From a virus: DNA of 39,875 bases. Positions 1 to 11,506 of the stretch are shown here, one piece after another (within the stretch, counting starts at the first letter, position 1; every line of letters starts with the position of its first letter). The DNA is taken from UHGV virus genome UHGV-0140636, one strand, 5' to 3'. The notes under the pieces are model-generated. The model did not search any database. It had not been told where the DNA came from and saw only the letters and a program-made list of their open reading frames with translations. The position numbers and the translations under genes are program-made.

Positions 1-1905
1 TGACCCGGCTATCTTTATGTAAACAATATCACCAACTACGGCAGACACTTTATCCAGCTCAATTGAATAGGTGAAGGCACCTGTACCAGCACTCATGATG
101 ATGTAGTACCTGGAGGGGTCAAGCCTTGGTTCTATTGTTAAAGTCCCAGCTGCTGCCACAGTGTAGTCGAGAAAGGTTCTCACCTGGAGGCTTGTATTTT
201 GTGGAAACCTCGCCCTTGCCCTGTTGAAAGCGGAATCCATCACTGCGTAAAGTGGGCGAACGTTGTTTCTGTAGGATCTAACCAGAACATCACTACCGTG
301 GAAGTCGTTGCTTTGTGATCCAGAAAGTGAGTGAACTGCCTCGACCTGGTTAATTGTCCCCTCTCCGACATAGCAGTCAGGGCTATTAACCACAAAATCG
401 ACGAACCTGATGTTTTGCGCAAAGTATGAGTTCAGGCGGAATGTGCTGTTTGTCGAGTTAACTACTGACTGAGCATTTGTGATTGAGTTGCCGACGATTG
501 CGTGAATAGAGTTGATAGTCACTTCCTGGCAGTCAACCAGAAGCACCGCATCGTAAACAAGGTCAGTGGCAAATCCATCACTTTTATAGACTTCAATGTT
601 TCCGATTTGCAGGGATGGCCTGTTTCTGGCTCGTACTCCGTTTTGCTTAACGTTGACGTGTACGTTATCGATAAATCCACCTGGCTCGCTGGCTGGGTTG
701 GTTAGGTCGATTCCAACAAATGCCCCAAGCCCTTCGCTGTCCTTGACAACAAACCCTTCAACGCCGTCACTCAGTTCGACAAACTTCCACCAGTTGTTTG
801 TGTTGAATCTGATGTCTACACCTACGTTACCTCGAACGGACTTCATCTTAACGGCCACGCACTGGAATTGCGTACCTTCAACCTGCTGCACGTTATAGCT
901 GCCGTATCCAGTGACATGCACTGAGCCGCTAAAAGCGTCGCCAATCAGCATGCCATTTACCCACGAATACTGTAGCACCGTCAGGTCATCACGCCCCTGT
1001 TGAGGACCGAAATGCGCTCCTAATTTGAACTTCGCCCGGTGCGCAGTGAACATTTCCTCCCTGAGTGGAGTAAGAATACCGTACCGACCATTTCCGTTTT
1101 CCAGGCGAATCATGAATTTTCCGATGTCGGTTTCTCCCTGGGAATAACTTGACTCCGGGTAGCTAACGGCCAGACCTACGGTCGATGCTGAGTCAGCATC
1201 CTTCACGCATAACTGGGTTTCTGTCCCAGCCGTATAAATTTTCACGCCATAGGGAACGGTTACGCACGCCGTTAGTGCGGAATCCCCTGTATGGTAGTTA
1301 TCCATATCCAGAGAAACACCATTTGTAGGGCTCACCAGATATTTTCCTGCTGGCCAATAGAGTACCTTAGCTCCGCAATTGGACCAGCGGTTTAGGGCAA
1401 GAGTGTCATCTGCAATACCATCTCCCTTTGCTCCGAAGTGGTAAGGGGTAAGGAGATAGGTGTTGTGCTGATGTTGAGTAATAGGTACAGAATCAGCATA
1501 TGGCTGTTTAACAATAACAAGCGCATCTCCTAGGCCAGTGTCAGGGTTTAATAATTGCTGTCGCAACTGATCCGGGTCATACTTCAGCACATTAGGAAAA
1601 TAGAACTGCTGCACACCGTATGCATCATAAACAGCCATCGAATGGCCTTGCACAGTTACGAACTTGGCAATCTGTCCGTTATATACCGGGTAACCAGCCG
1701 CATTAATGATGATTGGTTGCGAAACAGGAACGTGAGAACCGTCTTCGTTCTCTATATAAACCTGAATCTGGTTTTCAGGATTTACCGGGTCAGTGTCAAT
1801 TTTACCGATATAGATTTTGCCATTGGCTACGGCTTTAAAAGAACGAGCCATAGTGAAGAGTTGCGAAGGCATGCTCACTACAACATTGGCTGTAATGTCT
1901 GTCAT
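1..1905 (-). CDS. gp9: Tailspike protein, partial (start at 1905, 3' end beyond window start)
   Basis: Minus-strand ATG at 1905; N-terminus [34 protein letters not shown] matches the P22-family tailspike head-binding domain as recalled; open frame continues to position 1. Confidence 0.85.
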   Translation of the reverse strand, partial: MTDITANVVVSMPSQLFTMARSFKAVANGKIYIGKIDTDPVNPENQIQVYIENEDGSHVPVSQPIIINAAGYPVYNGQIAKFVTVQGHSMAVYDAYGVQQFYFPNVLKYDPDQLRQQLLNPDTGLGDALVIVKQPYADSVPITQHQHNTYLLTPYHFGAKGDGIADDTLALNRWSNCGAKVLYWPAGKYLVSPTNGVSLDMDNYHTGDSALTACVTVPYGVKIYTAGTETQLCVKDADSASTVGLAVSYPESSYSQGETDIGKFMIRLENGNGRYGILTPLREEMFTAHRAKFKLGAHFGPQQGRDDLTVLQYSWVNGMLIGDAFSGSVHVTGYGSYNVQQVEGTQFQCVAVKMKSVRGNVGVDIRFNTNNWWKFVELSDGVEGFVVKDSEGLGAFVGIDLTNPASEPGGFIDNVHVNVKQNGVRARNRPSLQIGNIEVYKSDGFATDLVYDAVLLVDCQEVTINSIHAIVGNSITNAQSVVNSTNSTFRLNSYFAQNIRFVDFVVNSPDCYVGEGTINQVEAVHSLSGSQSNDFHGSDVLVRSYRNNVRPLYAVMDSAFNRARARFPQNTSLQVRTFLDYTVAAAGTLTIEPRLDPSRYYIIMSAGTGAFTYSIELDKVSAVVGDIVYIKIAGS

Positions 1906-1963
1906 TTAATTTGCTCCAGATACAAGGAATCGCCGCAGCGTGGCTACGGTGAATTTTGGGCAT

Positions 1964-1990
1964 AAAAAAACCCAGCCGAAGCTGGGTCGT
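1964..1990 (-). terminator. Intrinsic terminator after ant, before tailspike
   Basis: Minus-strand hairpin CCCAGC-TTCG-GCTGGG followed by TTTTTTT. Confidence 0.7.
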
Positions 1991-2005
1991 TGCGTTGGTT
2001 ATCTG

Positions 2006-2884
2006 TCAGTAGTTATGTACTGAAGGAGGTAATTCTTTATTCTTAAGTCTCATCCATGCGGAAAGATTCGTTGGTCCGTCTGGCTCATTGATATCAACAT
2101 CTCGTGAGTGATTGATTAAAACGTCTCTCGCTATATCGATAATACGGGAGAACTCATAACCGCAGTCATGACATCTGCCGGAATAGTTCGATTGAATTTG
2201 TTTCAGCGCCGGATACAGTTCGCGGAATAATGCTTGTGAGCGGTTGGCATAATCCCATAGCCATACAAGGCTGTTTGCTTCTTTTTCAGAAAGCTCGTTG
2301 GTTTTCTTCTCTTGTTTGCCGATAAACTCGCCTTCAAGCACTACCCTGTGGATGTACTCTACGGCCAGCGGGATTTGTTCAATTGAAAGTTCATCAATGT
2401 TGTCAATACCAAAACGCTGATGAACCATATTGTATGCATCGTCATAGCGAAGTCCTTTCTTTCCTACCAGCATGTTTACTGCATCGCGTAGCGGTGTTCT
2501 TTCCTCAACAGTGGTTTTCTTTCCTTTTACATACTCGCCATGTTTGCGAATTGAAGGCAGAACTTCTGCTGTTACCCACTTGCGGAATTTGTGCGGGACT
2601 GAACCTTTATTGACTGCATCGCGGCAGCGCAGAACCAATGTATACATACCTGATTCGCTCACAATGCTTAGATTCTGCTCACCACCAAGGGTGTAACTTA
2701 AAGTTACTCCCTTTTCATCGTCATCAAGTGCAGTAAGCGCCTTGCGTGAGTTAGTCAAATCTAAAGCATCACAAACATCTTTAGCTACAAACCACAGCTC
2801 ACCGCACTTGTTGATGACGCGGATTTCACTGTCGCCGAATTTGAAGATGGTGAAATCGTTTTGTGCCTTTGCTATACTTTTCAT
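2006..2884 (-). CDS. ant: Antirepressor Ant, Bro-N type N-terminal domain
   Basis: 292 aa ORF in the position of P22 ant downstream of arc; N-terminal [30 protein letters not shown] resembles Bro-N domain. Confidence 0.75.
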   Translation of the reverse strand: MKSIAKAQNDFTIFKFGDSEIRVINKCGELWFVAKDVCDALDLTNSRKALTALDDDEKGVTLSYTLGGEQNLSIVSESGMYTLVLRCRDAVNKGSVPHKFRKWVTAEVLPSIRKHGEYVKGKKTTVEERTPLRDAVNMLVGKKGLRYDDAYNMVHQRFGIDNIDELSIEQIPLAVEYIHRVVLEGEFIGKQEKKTNELSEKEANSLVWLWDYANRSQALFRELYPALKQIQSNYSGRCHDCGYEFSRIIDIARDVLINHSRDVDINEPDGPTNLSAWMRLKNKELPPSVHNY

Positions 2885-2952
2885 GTCAATATTTCCTAAT
2901 CCGATTTGTTGATGCCGAAGCCCTGACTGTTACAGCAGTTGGGGCTTCAACT

Positions 2953-3114
2953 TTACGCACCAATGCGCCCTTCCTTCTTAAAGCTTTCCATTACTCGCTG
3001 ATAAATCTCAGAATTAACAGACCGACCATTTTCTTCCGCCACCTTGCGTACCAAATCCAATACTTCTTTAGGCCACCGCAAATTGAACTGTGGCATTTTG
3101 CTCATTCCTTTCAT
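2953..3114 (-). CDS. arc: Arc repressor
   Basis: MKGMSKMPQFNLRWPKEVLDLVRKVAEENGRSVNSEIYQRVMESFKKEGRIGA is near identical to P22 Arc as recalled; start taken at internal ATG 3114 preceded by GAGGTG. Confidence 0.9.
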   Translation of the reverse strand: MKGMSKMPQFNLRWPKEVLDLVRKVAEENGRSVNSEIYQRVMESFKKEGRIGA

Positions 3115-3128
3115 GTTCACCTCACAAT

Positions 3129-3177
3129 ATAGGTCCACAGTGGACCTATTGAGAATATAGTAGAGTGCTTCTATCAT
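3129..3177. promoter_or_regulatory. Divergent Pant/Pmnt control region with O_mnt (3129-3149) and O_arc (3157-3177)
   Basis: Palindrome ATAGGTCCACAGTGGACCTAT and ATAGTAGAGTGCTTCTATCAT match P22 mnt and arc operator sequences as recalled. Confidence 0.7.
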
Positions 3178-3204
3178 GTCAATACACTAACTTGGAGTGA
3201 TGGC

Positions 3205-3459
3205 ATGGCTAGAGATGATCCGCACTTTAACTTCCGTATGCCTTTGGAAGTAAGAGAAAAATTGAAATTAAGAGCCGAGGCTAACGGAAGGTCAATGAAC
3301 TCTGAGTTATTACAAATCGTTCAGGATGCACTATCAAAACCATCACCGATTACAGGATATCGCGACGAAGCTGAACGCTTGGCTGATCAGCAGGCTGAGC
3401 AGTTCAAGGCTATAGTGTTTGAGACACTTAAAAAGATTTATGAAAAGGATTTGAAATGA
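3205..3459 (+). CDS. mnt: Mnt repressor
   Basis: MARDDPHFNFRMPLEVREKLKLRAEANGRSMNSELLQIVQDAL matches P22 Mnt. Confidence 0.9.
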   Translation: MARDDPHFNFRMPLEVREKLKLRAEANGRSMNSELLQIVQDALSKPSPITGYRDEAERLADQQAEQFKAIVFETLKKIYEKDLK

Positions 3460-3791
3460 GATTTCTATCACTGTTCTTGTTAGCAGTTGTCTCTTCTTCC
3501 AGTGCTGAGCTGCGCGAGCTTCAAACGGGTAATGACCTTCTTTACAACATTCAACAAGGTAAAAAGGGTGATGATTTTTCATCGCTTTACATTACTGGAT
3601 ATTTGCGCGGAGTAACTGACTCATTGATACTAATTGGTTCTCTATGTCCTCCTGATGGCGTTGACATGTATCAATACACCGATATCGTTGAGAAATATCT
3701 AAACAAAAACCCAGAATCAAGAAATGAGAGTGCAGTTATACTAACCGCCCTAGCAGTAGGAAAAACATTTCCGTGCAAAAAGAATCAATAA
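3456..3791 (+). CDS. Small secreted protein, unknown function
   Basis: ATGA start-stop overlap with mnt; N-terminal signal peptide MRFLSLFLLAVVSSSSA; two Cys in mature part; AAGGA RBS. Confidence 0.6.
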   Translation: MRFLSLFLLAVVSSSSAELRELQTGNDLLYNIQQGKKGDDFSSLYITGYLRGVTDSLILIGSLCPPDGVDMYQYTDIVEKYLNKNPESRNESAVILTALAVGKTFPCKKNQ

Positions 3792-3806
3792 CAATAAGGG
3801 CTTAAA

Positions 3807-4196
3807 ATGAAATTGATTATAGCAATGGCTTTCCTTGTCTTCTCGTTTTCTGTCTCAGCAGAGTGCTGGGTCGTTGGAGATATGCACGGAATAAGCTATT
3901 CAGAACGAAATAATTTTCAACCGGAAGAAGATGGTTTTAGTGGAACATTCATCATTAAGACAAACGGTGAAGATGCCAGTATCACATATTCTGGGACGGA
4001 TGCGGGCGGCATGGCTTACAAAGCATTGTCTAAAAACTCCATCATTGGAATCGGCGCGAATGGCGAAACTCAACGAGTTATCGACTCATGGGTAATACAT
4101 CCTAATGGAACAGTTTTAATGTCGAAAACCATTTCTGGTTATGGGAATATGGATTCAACCAAAGCTTTTGTTGGAAAAGTAAAAAGAAAATGTTAA
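3807..4196 (+). CDS. Small secreted protein, unknown function
   Basis: Signal peptide MKLIIAMAFLVFSFSVSA followed by mature domain with Cys near both ends; 16 bp downstream of previous ORF. Confidence 0.6.
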   Translation: MKLIIAMAFLVFSFSVSAECWVVGDMHGISYSERNNFQPEEDGFSGTFIIKTNGEDASITYSGTDAGGMAYKALSKNSIIGIGANGETQRVIDSWVIHPNGTVLMSKTISGYGNMDSTKAFVGKVKRKC

Positions 4197-4220
4197 CGAT
4201 TGAATCCAATTCCCCATACG

Positions 4221-6062
4221 TTACTGCTGTGTTGCCTCAGTAGCAAGCAGCGGCCTGATGGCATTTGCAGCGTTACTCAACGCTCTTTCATAGGCTGGCG
4301 TTCCAGCTTTAGTGTTTGCCAGACGTAAGAGAGCATTCCTTGCTGCTTTGGACTCATACAAACGCATCATTGCACCAAAGCCAGCCTCAAGCCCCATTGA
4401 TACACCAAGAGTCGCAGTTGCGCCAATCGTCCTTATCCTGTTGGCTTGTGATTGCCCCGTCTGAGTTACTACATTTGCGGTGTCTGACCTTGCTGTTTGC
4501 TGTAGAACTTCATGAAGAGCATCAAGCTCTTTCATGTGCTTTCCAGAAAAAATAGTGTTGTAAATTTCACCGCCTGACTGAGATTTCAGCTTATTAACTT
4601 CAGTGATGAACTTGGCTGGAGAGTCACCGGCCTTTTCCGCTATTTTGCTGACGTAAGCTGCACGCATAGCATCTTTCCCTTTATCATCCAGGGCGCTCCA
4701 TATTCGTTTCACGTCAGATGGTTTTCTGCTTAATACAACGGTATTTATAAGTTCAGGACTGGCTTCACTGCTTGCCTTGTTGAGCTTGTTAGCAATGTTT
4801 TTATTAAGCACCTTATTATAAACGTTTGCATAATCGGAATTTGCTTTAAGGTATTTTGCTGCGTCTGATGCACCGAGGTTTTTAGCAACTGCGTTACGAA
4901 GGTCTTTTGACATTGCATTCTCTACCATATTGGTAGCTGCTTTTGCCTGGTTGGGGAAGACCATAGCATCTCCCTGAACATTAGATCTAAATGCTGTTCT
5001 GTGCTGACGCAAGAGATCAAACGTAACATCCAAATCAGTTGCAGGGTTTGCTAATTCTTCACGTAGGTTACGCAAGGATGTAAGCAGGCTTTGATTGGCA
5101 GACGTCCCAAGCCGTTCCTGTCTTGCGATCGCTGTATTCAGAGCATTCATGGTATTTGTGGTATCAACTGCGGCATTACCCATTTTATTGGTGACGTCAT
5201 TGATAACAGCGCCAGCGGCATCCTTCCGCCCCCTTAACGTGGTGGTAAGAGATTTCACCACATCATCAGGGTTGTACTCACCAAAACGGTCAAAATAATT
5301 ACTTACCAGCTTACTACGCGTTGCATATTGCTCCGCTCGCTTTGAGCCTGTCCCGAGCAAAGCCCCCTCGGCATCCTGAGTTAGGCCGCGAGTGAAAGCA
5401 TTTTTCGGCGGGATAACATCAGATGTCATTGGTGTCACGCCCATCGATTCTGATGTGGCAATTTTCTTCGCCACTTCTGGCGCAATATCACCTTTTATAG
5501 CCGTTATTCCACGCCCTATTCCCTTTGCTGCTGCGGAAAGAACACCCTGAGTGGCAAGGTTAACTCCGGCATTTTTAGCTGCATTTTGTGCGAAATCGCC
5601 TTTCTGATTTGCGGCCTCTGCCAGTGATCCAATAGCCATGCTTCCTGCCGTTCCAACTCCTGGAACTAAATACCCACCAATTGTTTCACCGGCTTGCGCG
5701 TAGGGGTCTGTCGGTCTGTCTACTGGACGATAAACATCATCCAAAACCTTGGGTCCACCAAGCCCCTGACTGATTGCATTAATCAGACTTGCGCCGCCCT
5801 GCAATACGTCAAATGGTATGTTTACCAGACCACGACCAGCCTGTTCTGCAATTTGCCCTGCACTTTGACCACCAGTGAGCCAATCGCCAGCTTGTTGCAT
5901 CAATGATGGTTCTTCCCGTGTTGGTGCATTATTGGCCTGATTAACTATTTGTTGCTGAACAGCCTGACCAGCAAAATACTCATCAATGGCGGTGCCAATA
6001 TCTTCGGTGCTCGTACCATCAGGAAAGGTAAATGTCTTACCGTTTGCAGTTACTTTCATCAT
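4221..6062 (-). CDS. gp16: Ejection (injection) protein gp16
   Basis: 613 aa; position and size match P22 gene 16; start [16 protein letters not shown]. Confidence 0.8.
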   Translation of the reverse strand: MMKVTANGKTFTFPDGTSTEDIGTAIDEYFAGQAVQQQIVNQANNAPTREEPSLMQQAGDWLTGGQSAGQIAEQAGRGLVNIPFDVLQGGASLINAISQGLGGPKVLDDVYRPVDRPTDPYAQAGETIGGYLVPGVGTAGSMAIGSLAEAANQKGDFAQNAAKNAGVNLATQGVLSAAAKGIGRGITAIKGDIAPEVAKKIATSESMGVTPMTSDVIPPKNAFTRGLTQDAEGALLGTGSKRAEQYATRSKLVSNYFDRFGEYNPDDVVKSLTTTLRGRKDAAGAVINDVTNKMGNAAVDTTNTMNALNTAIARQERLGTSANQSLLTSLRNLREELANPATDLDVTFDLLRQHRTAFRSNVQGDAMVFPNQAKAATNMVENAMSKDLRNAVAKNLGASDAAKYLKANSDYANVYNKVLNKNIANKLNKASSEASPELINTVVLSRKPSDVKRIWSALDDKGKDAMRAAYVSKIAEKAGDSPAKFITEVNKLKSQSGGEIYNTIFSGKHMKELDALHEVLQQTARSDTANVVTQTGQSQANRIRTIGATATLGVSMGLEAGFGAMMRLYESKAARNALLRLANTKAGTPAYERALSNAANAIRPLLATEATQQ

Positions 6063-7474
6063 TCCACCGTAAATTGAATGCCTGATTTTGAGGTATATGA
6101 TCCAACCTGATTCCGTGGTTCTCCTGAAGGTGTCGAATCTTGTGCTGGCGCTGCGTCAGTATTCATTGACATATACCGCTTAACGGCACTCCCCAATGAT
6201 TCACCTTTTTTAACATCCAACCCCAATATCTGACCGCCATTACGCGATTGTCCAGGGTTGCCATTCGCGCTCATCCACTCGGCTTTAAACTCATTAAACT
6301 GCGCGTTTCGTCGCTCAAGGTTTGCCATTGCATCAAGCCATCTTGCGACCGTCTCAGGGTTATCCATGTCAGTTGGCGCACCCTGTCGAACGATCTCAAC
6401 GTCTTTATCCGTTGCTGGGCCGGGAGGTAGGAATTTAAGAACCTGACTGTTAACAAGGGCATTTTGGCGAATGCGCAAATCACGCAATGTTGTATCGCTT
6501 CCGGTAAGTTTTGCGAACATGTTCTGTGCGTTACCGAACAAACCTGTCGTTGGTTTTTCTGCTCTGAACTGTTGAGCAAGCGCACTCATAGAATTGGCTG
6601 AGTTTGATGATGCTGTAGCATTGTTTACAGCCGTCTCGATGCCTTTTTCCATGTTTACTGACAGCTTAGGTGCTTCGCTAATCAACTGCTGAGCCTTTTC
6701 CTGCGCTTGCTGCATCTTAAACCCGAACTCTTGCTGATCCAGAGCCAAGCGTTGTGCTGCGATATTGTGCCCAGTCATTGCTGACTGATAGGAAAGGTTT
6801 TGCCCTCTCGCCTGAAGTGCTTCACCAGCCTGATTGCTGCGGATTGTCTCTGCCAGCCTGCCTCGGTCAATCTCACGACCAGCCATCTTGTCCTGAACAG
6901 CAAACGCCTTTTCTGGTCCAAGCGCACCGAGAGACATAGTAGTCAGCATGTGTGATAGCTGCTCTGGATTCTGGATACCTGTCTGAATCATCCAGTCAGC
7001 ATTAGCACCAACGCGATTTAACCTGTCCTTGTTGTCAGTAATGAATTTACTGTAGGCTTCCGGTCCCTGAGAAAGAGCGACGTTAGCCCTCATGGCTAAA
7101 TCGCCCATATCGTTGCGTTGCTGCTCATTAAGACCGGAAAACGCCTGTTGTGCCTGTGCAACAAACGCTGGATTTTCCTGGGCAAACTTAAATAGTCCAG
7201 ATGGATCACCAGAAGCCCATGCATCAGCGTGAACCTTATTGAACGCACTAATAGCTTTCTGTTGCTGTTCCTGATTGTAAATATCAGCAACTCCAGCCAG
7301 ACCACGTAACGCGGTCAGACCAATGTTATTTGCACCTGAGCGAGCCAGTTCATTGTTTTCGCGGATCAGACCAAGCGTTGCGTTAATGTCGCTTGCCTTT
7401 GGCGCATTCTCATTTTGCGTACCGATGCCAGCCAGAAAACCACCAGAATTAATACCCTGTTGCCACGTAGCCAT
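6059..7474 (-). CDS. gp20: Ejection protein gp20
   Basis: 471 aa, same length as P22 gp20; synteny. Confidence 0.8.
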   Translation of the reverse strand: MATWQQGINSGGFLAGIGTQNENAPKASDINATLGLIRENNELARSGANNIGLTALRGLAGVADIYNQEQQQKAISAFNKVHADAWASGDPSGLFKFAQENPAFVAQAQQAFSGLNEQQRNDMGDLAMRANVALSQGPEAYSKFITDNKDRLNRVGANADWMIQTGIQNPEQLSHMLTTMSLGALGPEKAFAVQDKMAGREIDRGRLAETIRSNQAGEALQARGQNLSYQSAMTGHNIAAQRLALDQQEFGFKMQQAQEKAQQLISEAPKLSVNMEKGIETAVNNATASSNSANSMSALAQQFRAEKPTTGLFGNAQNMFAKLTGSDTTLRDLRIRQNALVNSQVLKFLPPGPATDKDVEIVRQGAPTDMDNPETVARWLDAMANLERRNAQFNEFKAEWMSANGNPGQSRNGGQILGLDVKKGESLGSAVKRYMSMNTDAAPAQDSTPSGEPRNQVGSYTSKSGIQFTVE

Positions 7475-7484
7475 TGATTACCCC

Positions 7485-8177
7485 TTAAAACAACGAGCCA
7501 AGCAGACCAAGACCGCCGCCGATCGCAGCCCCCCACGGAGTTGATGAACCAATTAATTTCGCAAGTCCGGCCCCAGCAATAGCACCAGACGCACCTCCGC
7601 CAATAGCAGATTGCATTGCTGATGGTCTGTTGGCATTTGCCGCTGCAAGAGCCGCACTTTGCTGAGAAATCTGACTCATGTTGTTGGCATATGTTTGCCC
7701 GGCGTTTGCCTGCCCCTGAAGAGCGCCAAGACCGATATTTGCCAGGTTGTTGTAATTGTTCATTTGTCCAGATAGCCATTGCTGACCTAGCGTTGGTGCG
7801 ATTGTTGCTAACTGATTACTGGTTGCGGTGGAACCTAATCCACCTGTTGCTTCCGCTGCCGCCAGACTCTGATAACGAGCCTGACCAGCAAGATCTTTGT
7901 ACTGCTGAGAGTTGTAATACTGGTTAAGTGCCTGACCTTGCCCTTCCAGAGACGATAAGTTCTCGAGGCTGCCGACATACTTATCAGCCAGAGGAGTAAA
8001 CGGCTTCAGGTTGTTCATGATGGTGTTGAACTGCTGATTTTGCAGGTCTGCGGCATACTTCTGAGCTTCTGCTGCATACTTTGCGCTTTTATCAGAGCTG
8101 CCACCTTTCCCGCCTTTTTCAGGGCAATAAGGTTCCTCGCCGCGCAGTTTTCTGCCCAGCTTAAATGCATATAACAT
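7485..8177 (-). CDS. gp7: Ejection protein gp7
   Basis: 230 aa, Gly/Ala-rich C-terminus; synteny with P22 gene 7. Confidence 0.8.
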   Translation of the reverse strand: MLYAFKLGRKLRGEEPYCPEKGGKGGSSDKSAKYAAEAQKYAADLQNQQFNTIMNNLKPFTPLADKYVGSLENLSSLEGQGQALNQYYNSQQYKDLAGQARYQSLAAAEATGGLGSTATSNQLATIAPTLGQQWLSGQMNNYNNLANIGLGALQGQANAGQTYANNMSQISQQSAALAAANANRPSAMQSAIGGGASGAIAGAGLAKLIGSSTPWGAAIGGGLGLLGSLF

Positions 8178-8179
8178 GG

Positions 8180-8638
8180 CTATCTCCCGTGATTCAGGAA
8201 GTCGATTAGTTCTTCGCGTGTGGCGCTGTAAAACGTCACGTCATCAACGCCTTTGAAGTATTTCTTGATGGTTCCTACACGCTTAAGGCCAATCATTGCG
8301 CAGTACATCTGACCGTGGCGGAATTTGCGTGCAGCGAACGATGTGACGCACTGAACAGTGGTGTTAGTCAGAATGTATCGCCAGAACGCCAGCCCGATTT
8401 CCTTGCTGAAGCCACGAACCTCTGGCAGGTACATGGCGTGGCAATCGAATGTCAGCGGCTGAATCTCCTGATAGTAAACAATGCCGCCAAACTGACCGTG
8501 CACGTTAACCTCAAAGTAACGGCATTCAGGCTTGTAGTCGTATCCATCACCGTTGTTGCTCCCGGCAATAATGTCAGGGTGATTTCCGACTGCTTCGATC
8601 AGGTCGATGTTTCGCGTTGGTTTGAACTGAATCATCAC
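8180..8638 (-). CDS. gp14: gp14-like virion protein
   Basis: 152 aa ORF between needle and gp7 as in P22. Confidence 0.7.
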   Translation of the reverse strand: MMIQFKPTRNIDLIEAVGNHPDIIAGSNNGDGYDYKPECRYFEVNVHGQFGGIVYYQEIQPLTFDCHAMYLPEVRGFSKEIGLAFWRYILTNTTVQCVTSFAARKFRHGQMYCAMIGLKRVGTIKKYFKGVDDVTFYSATREELIDFLNHGR

Positions 8639-9588
8639 TGCTCCGCGATTATCTTGATGGTTGTGGCAGTAAACGCCGCCCCATTTGACTGAATGGTTAA
8701 CGTGCTGCCATTTGTGGCAAGAAAGCCGTCTTTATCCACGCTGAAGAACGTAGCTAACAGGATGTTATCGGTTGTTGTCGCCGAGTTACGACTGCTTACC
8801 AGTGTGTCAGGTACAGAACCGGAAAATGTTAGCTGCATTGACCTGTTGGAGGTTCCGCTGGGCCACGTCCCGACAATCGACAGCTTGAAGAACAGGGTTT
8901 TGTTCTCGTTGAACACAACCATCTTGTTGTTAACGGTGTCGAAGAATGGTGCCAACGTGCCTGATGACGGCGTGAGCGTTTTCAGCAGGCTAACAAGGTT
9001 GGTAGGCGCTGTTGGAATGGTTACCGATACTCCTGAGTAAACAACCTCTGATTTCTTGCGCGTGGTGGCATACTCAAGCGCAGATATTCTTGTTGAGTGA
9101 TCACCAACTGTGCTTTGTAGCGTCGAAATACTTCCCTCTGCCGCTGTGAGCCTGGTATCAAGTGCGTTGATATCGGTTGTATTCTGAGTTATTCGCGCAT
9201 CATGGTTTGCTAACTCAGATTCATTGGCAGCAATTCGCGTCTCGTGATCAGCCAGCTCTGTTTCGGCAGCCGTAATCCTTGTTTCATGATCTGCAAGAGT
9301 GCTTTCCGCTGCTGAGATTCTATGTTCATGATTGATGAGAGTTGCTTCAGCAGTTTCAATTCTGGATTCATGGTCTGCAAGGGTGACATCCTGCTCATCA
9401 TTCTTCACCTGTGCATCATAAGCCCCCTTCCCTGCTTCGTTGGCCTTGTTAGCCACATTACCAACATCAGTACCCTGTGCAATAACGTAAAGCAGATACG
9501 ACTGAGAGAAGATATTGCGTGGAAGGACTGATGTATCGAGCCGCGTAGCCTGGATGATTACTGGCTCATTGAGATTCGAATCAGCCAT
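8635..9588 (-). CDS. gp26: Tail needle gp26 with extended C-terminal knob domain
   Basis: N-terminus [43 protein letters not shown] matches P22 gp26; heptad-like ADHExRI repeats; 317 aa versus 233 aa in P22 implies extra C-terminal domain. Confidence 0.8.
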   Translation of the reverse strand: MADSNLNEPVIIQATRLDTSVLPRNIFSQSYLLYVIAQGTDVGNVANKANEAGKGAYDAQVKNDEQDVTLADHESRIETAEATLINHEHRISAAESTLADHETRITAAETELADHETRIAANESELANHDARITQNTTDINALDTRLTAAEGSISTLQSTVGDHSTRISALEYATTRKKSEVVYSGVSVTIPTAPTNLVSLLKTLTPSSGTLAPFFDTVNNKMVVFNENKTLFFKLSIVGTWPSGTSNRSMQLTFSGSVPDTLVSSRNSATTTDNILLATFFSVDKDGFLATNGSTLTIQSNGAAFTATTIKIIAEQ

Positions 9589-11006
9589 TACTCAATCCTT
9601 ATCTGGCAGCCAGACAGAGTTACAGGTGACTTCGTGATAACGCGCAATTTGAAGCCAACATTTTTCCTGATGCGCCCTACTCGCTTCCACAAAACGCGTT
9701 TGTCGTAAACGAACGGTTCATTCTGCTCAATCATCTGCTCACGCCCGTAATTGATGCCGTCAGTGGTTGCAGAGAGGAACAGGCGGTCGGCGTACTGCGC
9801 AACGCCAGTTGACGATTCAACTTCAAGGTCGAAAACTCTGGCGTTATCCGCTTTGAACAACGGAGTAAACAGCAGGTGTTCTTGCTGTAGCCCATACTGA
9901 CTACTGATATCGAACTGCAATTTCCCGGTCACCGATTCCAGCTTATCGCCGCACGTTATCTGATTGCCTTCGTAAATGAAGTCGATAGCGCGGTACACAT
10001 CGTCATACAGGCCTGTTTTCAGTACACACCATTGCGGACCATTGGCGCTTGAAGATGCGTCGTACACCAGAACATGGCGCGGAAGATGGATAATCAGCAG
10101 CTCATGAGCATCAAAGCGCAACGATTCCATCACGCCATCAGCCAGTTCATCAGCAGTGTAGGAGCGGAGGATTTTCTCAATGCTCGCGCTGGCGATTGGT
10201 GACACCTGCCCGGAGCCGATGATATACACAGACGGCGCACCTGTTGCCGGATTGCTGATGAACGCATAAGAATCAGCGAATGGAGTTTTGCAGTAAGTCC
10301 CGGCGATGCCTTTTTGCACCATCAGTGATGGCTGTGCGACATACAAAGCAGCACCAACTGTGGTTGCGCCAGTCAGGGAGAAATACTCAATCGTCGATGA
10401 ACCAAAGCAGACGATGAAGTCTCGCCATGTTCCGATGCCGATGATTCCGTCCGGCTGCGATTCTGCGCGATATTGTGCGCTGTAGCGGTCAGGGTGCGAT
10501 TCATCTTCAGGGTCAGTAATAAACCATGAATCAGTGCCGTCTTTTGACCACGCATAACGCCCACGTAAGCGAGTAATGTCACGAACAGAACCTAACTCAT
10601 ACTGCGTGAATCCGCTGTCTGTAGGCCAGTTTGAGACGGTTTTAACCGTGCCATCATAGCGGTATTCGACCAGTTGCCCGTTAACACCTACCGCCTGTGA
10701 TGTCCGACCATGTGCCATTGATACGCGACCACTTCCGGCAACATCACCGACTTCACTTTCGCCTTTGTACAGCTTGCCACCACACACGCGATAAACAGCA
10801 TTCTGCGCCATGTTGTACTCGACGCCACGCGATACGCCGTTCACATCAGAACGTTTGGCAATGCCCGGGAATGAGCGAAGATATCCGCTGCTGTTAAGGA
10901 TTTCTTTTGGTGTAGCCAACATATTCACTGGCAGATAGTCGATATAGTCGGCGTTTCGGAAGTCTTTGCCGACACCTTTCATAAGCGGAAGTTGCTGAAT
11001 CGGCAT
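9588..11006 (-). CDS. gp10: Tail accessory/hub protein gp10
   Basis: 472 aa, same size and position as P22 gp10. Confidence 0.8.
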   Translation of the reverse strand: MPIQQLPLMKGVGKDFRNADYIDYLPVNMLATPKEILNSSGYLRSFPGIAKRSDVNGVSRGVEYNMAQNAVYRVCGGKLYKGESEVGDVAGSGRVSMAHGRTSQAVGVNGQLVEYRYDGTVKTVSNWPTDSGFTQYELGSVRDITRLRGRYAWSKDGTDSWFITDPEDESHPDRYSAQYRAESQPDGIIGIGTWRDFIVCFGSSTIEYFSLTGATTVGAALYVAQPSLMVQKGIAGTYCKTPFADSYAFISNPATGAPSVYIIGSGQVSPIASASIEKILRSYTADELADGVMESLRFDAHELLIIHLPRHVLVYDASSSANGPQWCVLKTGLYDDVYRAIDFIYEGNQITCGDKLESVTGKLQFDISSQYGLQQEHLLFTPLFKADNARVFDLEVESSTGVAQYADRLFLSATTDGINYGREQMIEQNEPFVYDKRVLWKRVGRIRKNVGFKLRVITKSPVTLSGCQIRIE

Positions 11007-11506
11007 TATTCGCTCCCGTTATCGCAAGGTTCCTTTCGGTGGAAGTAATTCCAACCGTTCCACTTCGCCAACTGGTTACCGCTACCAACAGGCATACGGT
11101 TTGGATAACCGGACTTACATTTAGCGGCTTTTGCTCTGTCCATTGCAGACAGTTTGACGAGTCGCTCTTTCCCGTATCTGGCAGTGGTTATAAGTTTTGC
11201 AGGCGCTTCCAGCGCATAATCCGGTGCAATGCGGCAGGCAAGGTTGAAAATGACAGCATTGATAGCGTTATTTGATAAACCGTGCTCATCGCCCGGATCT
11301 GGAGCGACATCTGCATCAGCGAAAATGTAACCAACGTTGATACCAGGTGACACATCACCGCCAAGCCATTCAGCCATCATCATTTCAAGGTCGTTGACGC
11401 CGTCTTCCATAGACTGCGGTTCGACATCGGTTAACGTGGCATTTGATGCCACACCGAGCTTACGTAATGCCGCAAGAACTAAATCACCCTTCGTTGTCAG
11501 GTTCAT
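11006..11506 (-). CDS. gp4: Head completion/tail adaptor protein gp4
   Basis: [33 protein letters not shown] resembles P22 gp4 N-terminus; start taken at ATG 11506 rather than the repeat-derived upstream extension. Confidence 0.8.
   Translation of the reverse strand: MNLTTKGDLVLAALRKLGVASNATLTDVEPQSMEDGVNDLEMMMAEWLGGDVSPGINVGYIFADADVAPDPGDEHGLSNNAINAVIFNLACRIAPDYALEAPAKLITTARYGKERLVKLSAMDRAKAAKCKSGYPNRMPVGSGNQLAKWNGWNYFHRKEPCDNGSE

Noticed and set aside
2953-3177. 74 aa version of the arc ORF from the six-frame track
   Set aside because: The N-terminal extension runs through the arc operator and promoter; Arc begins at the internal MKGMSK ATG (3114)
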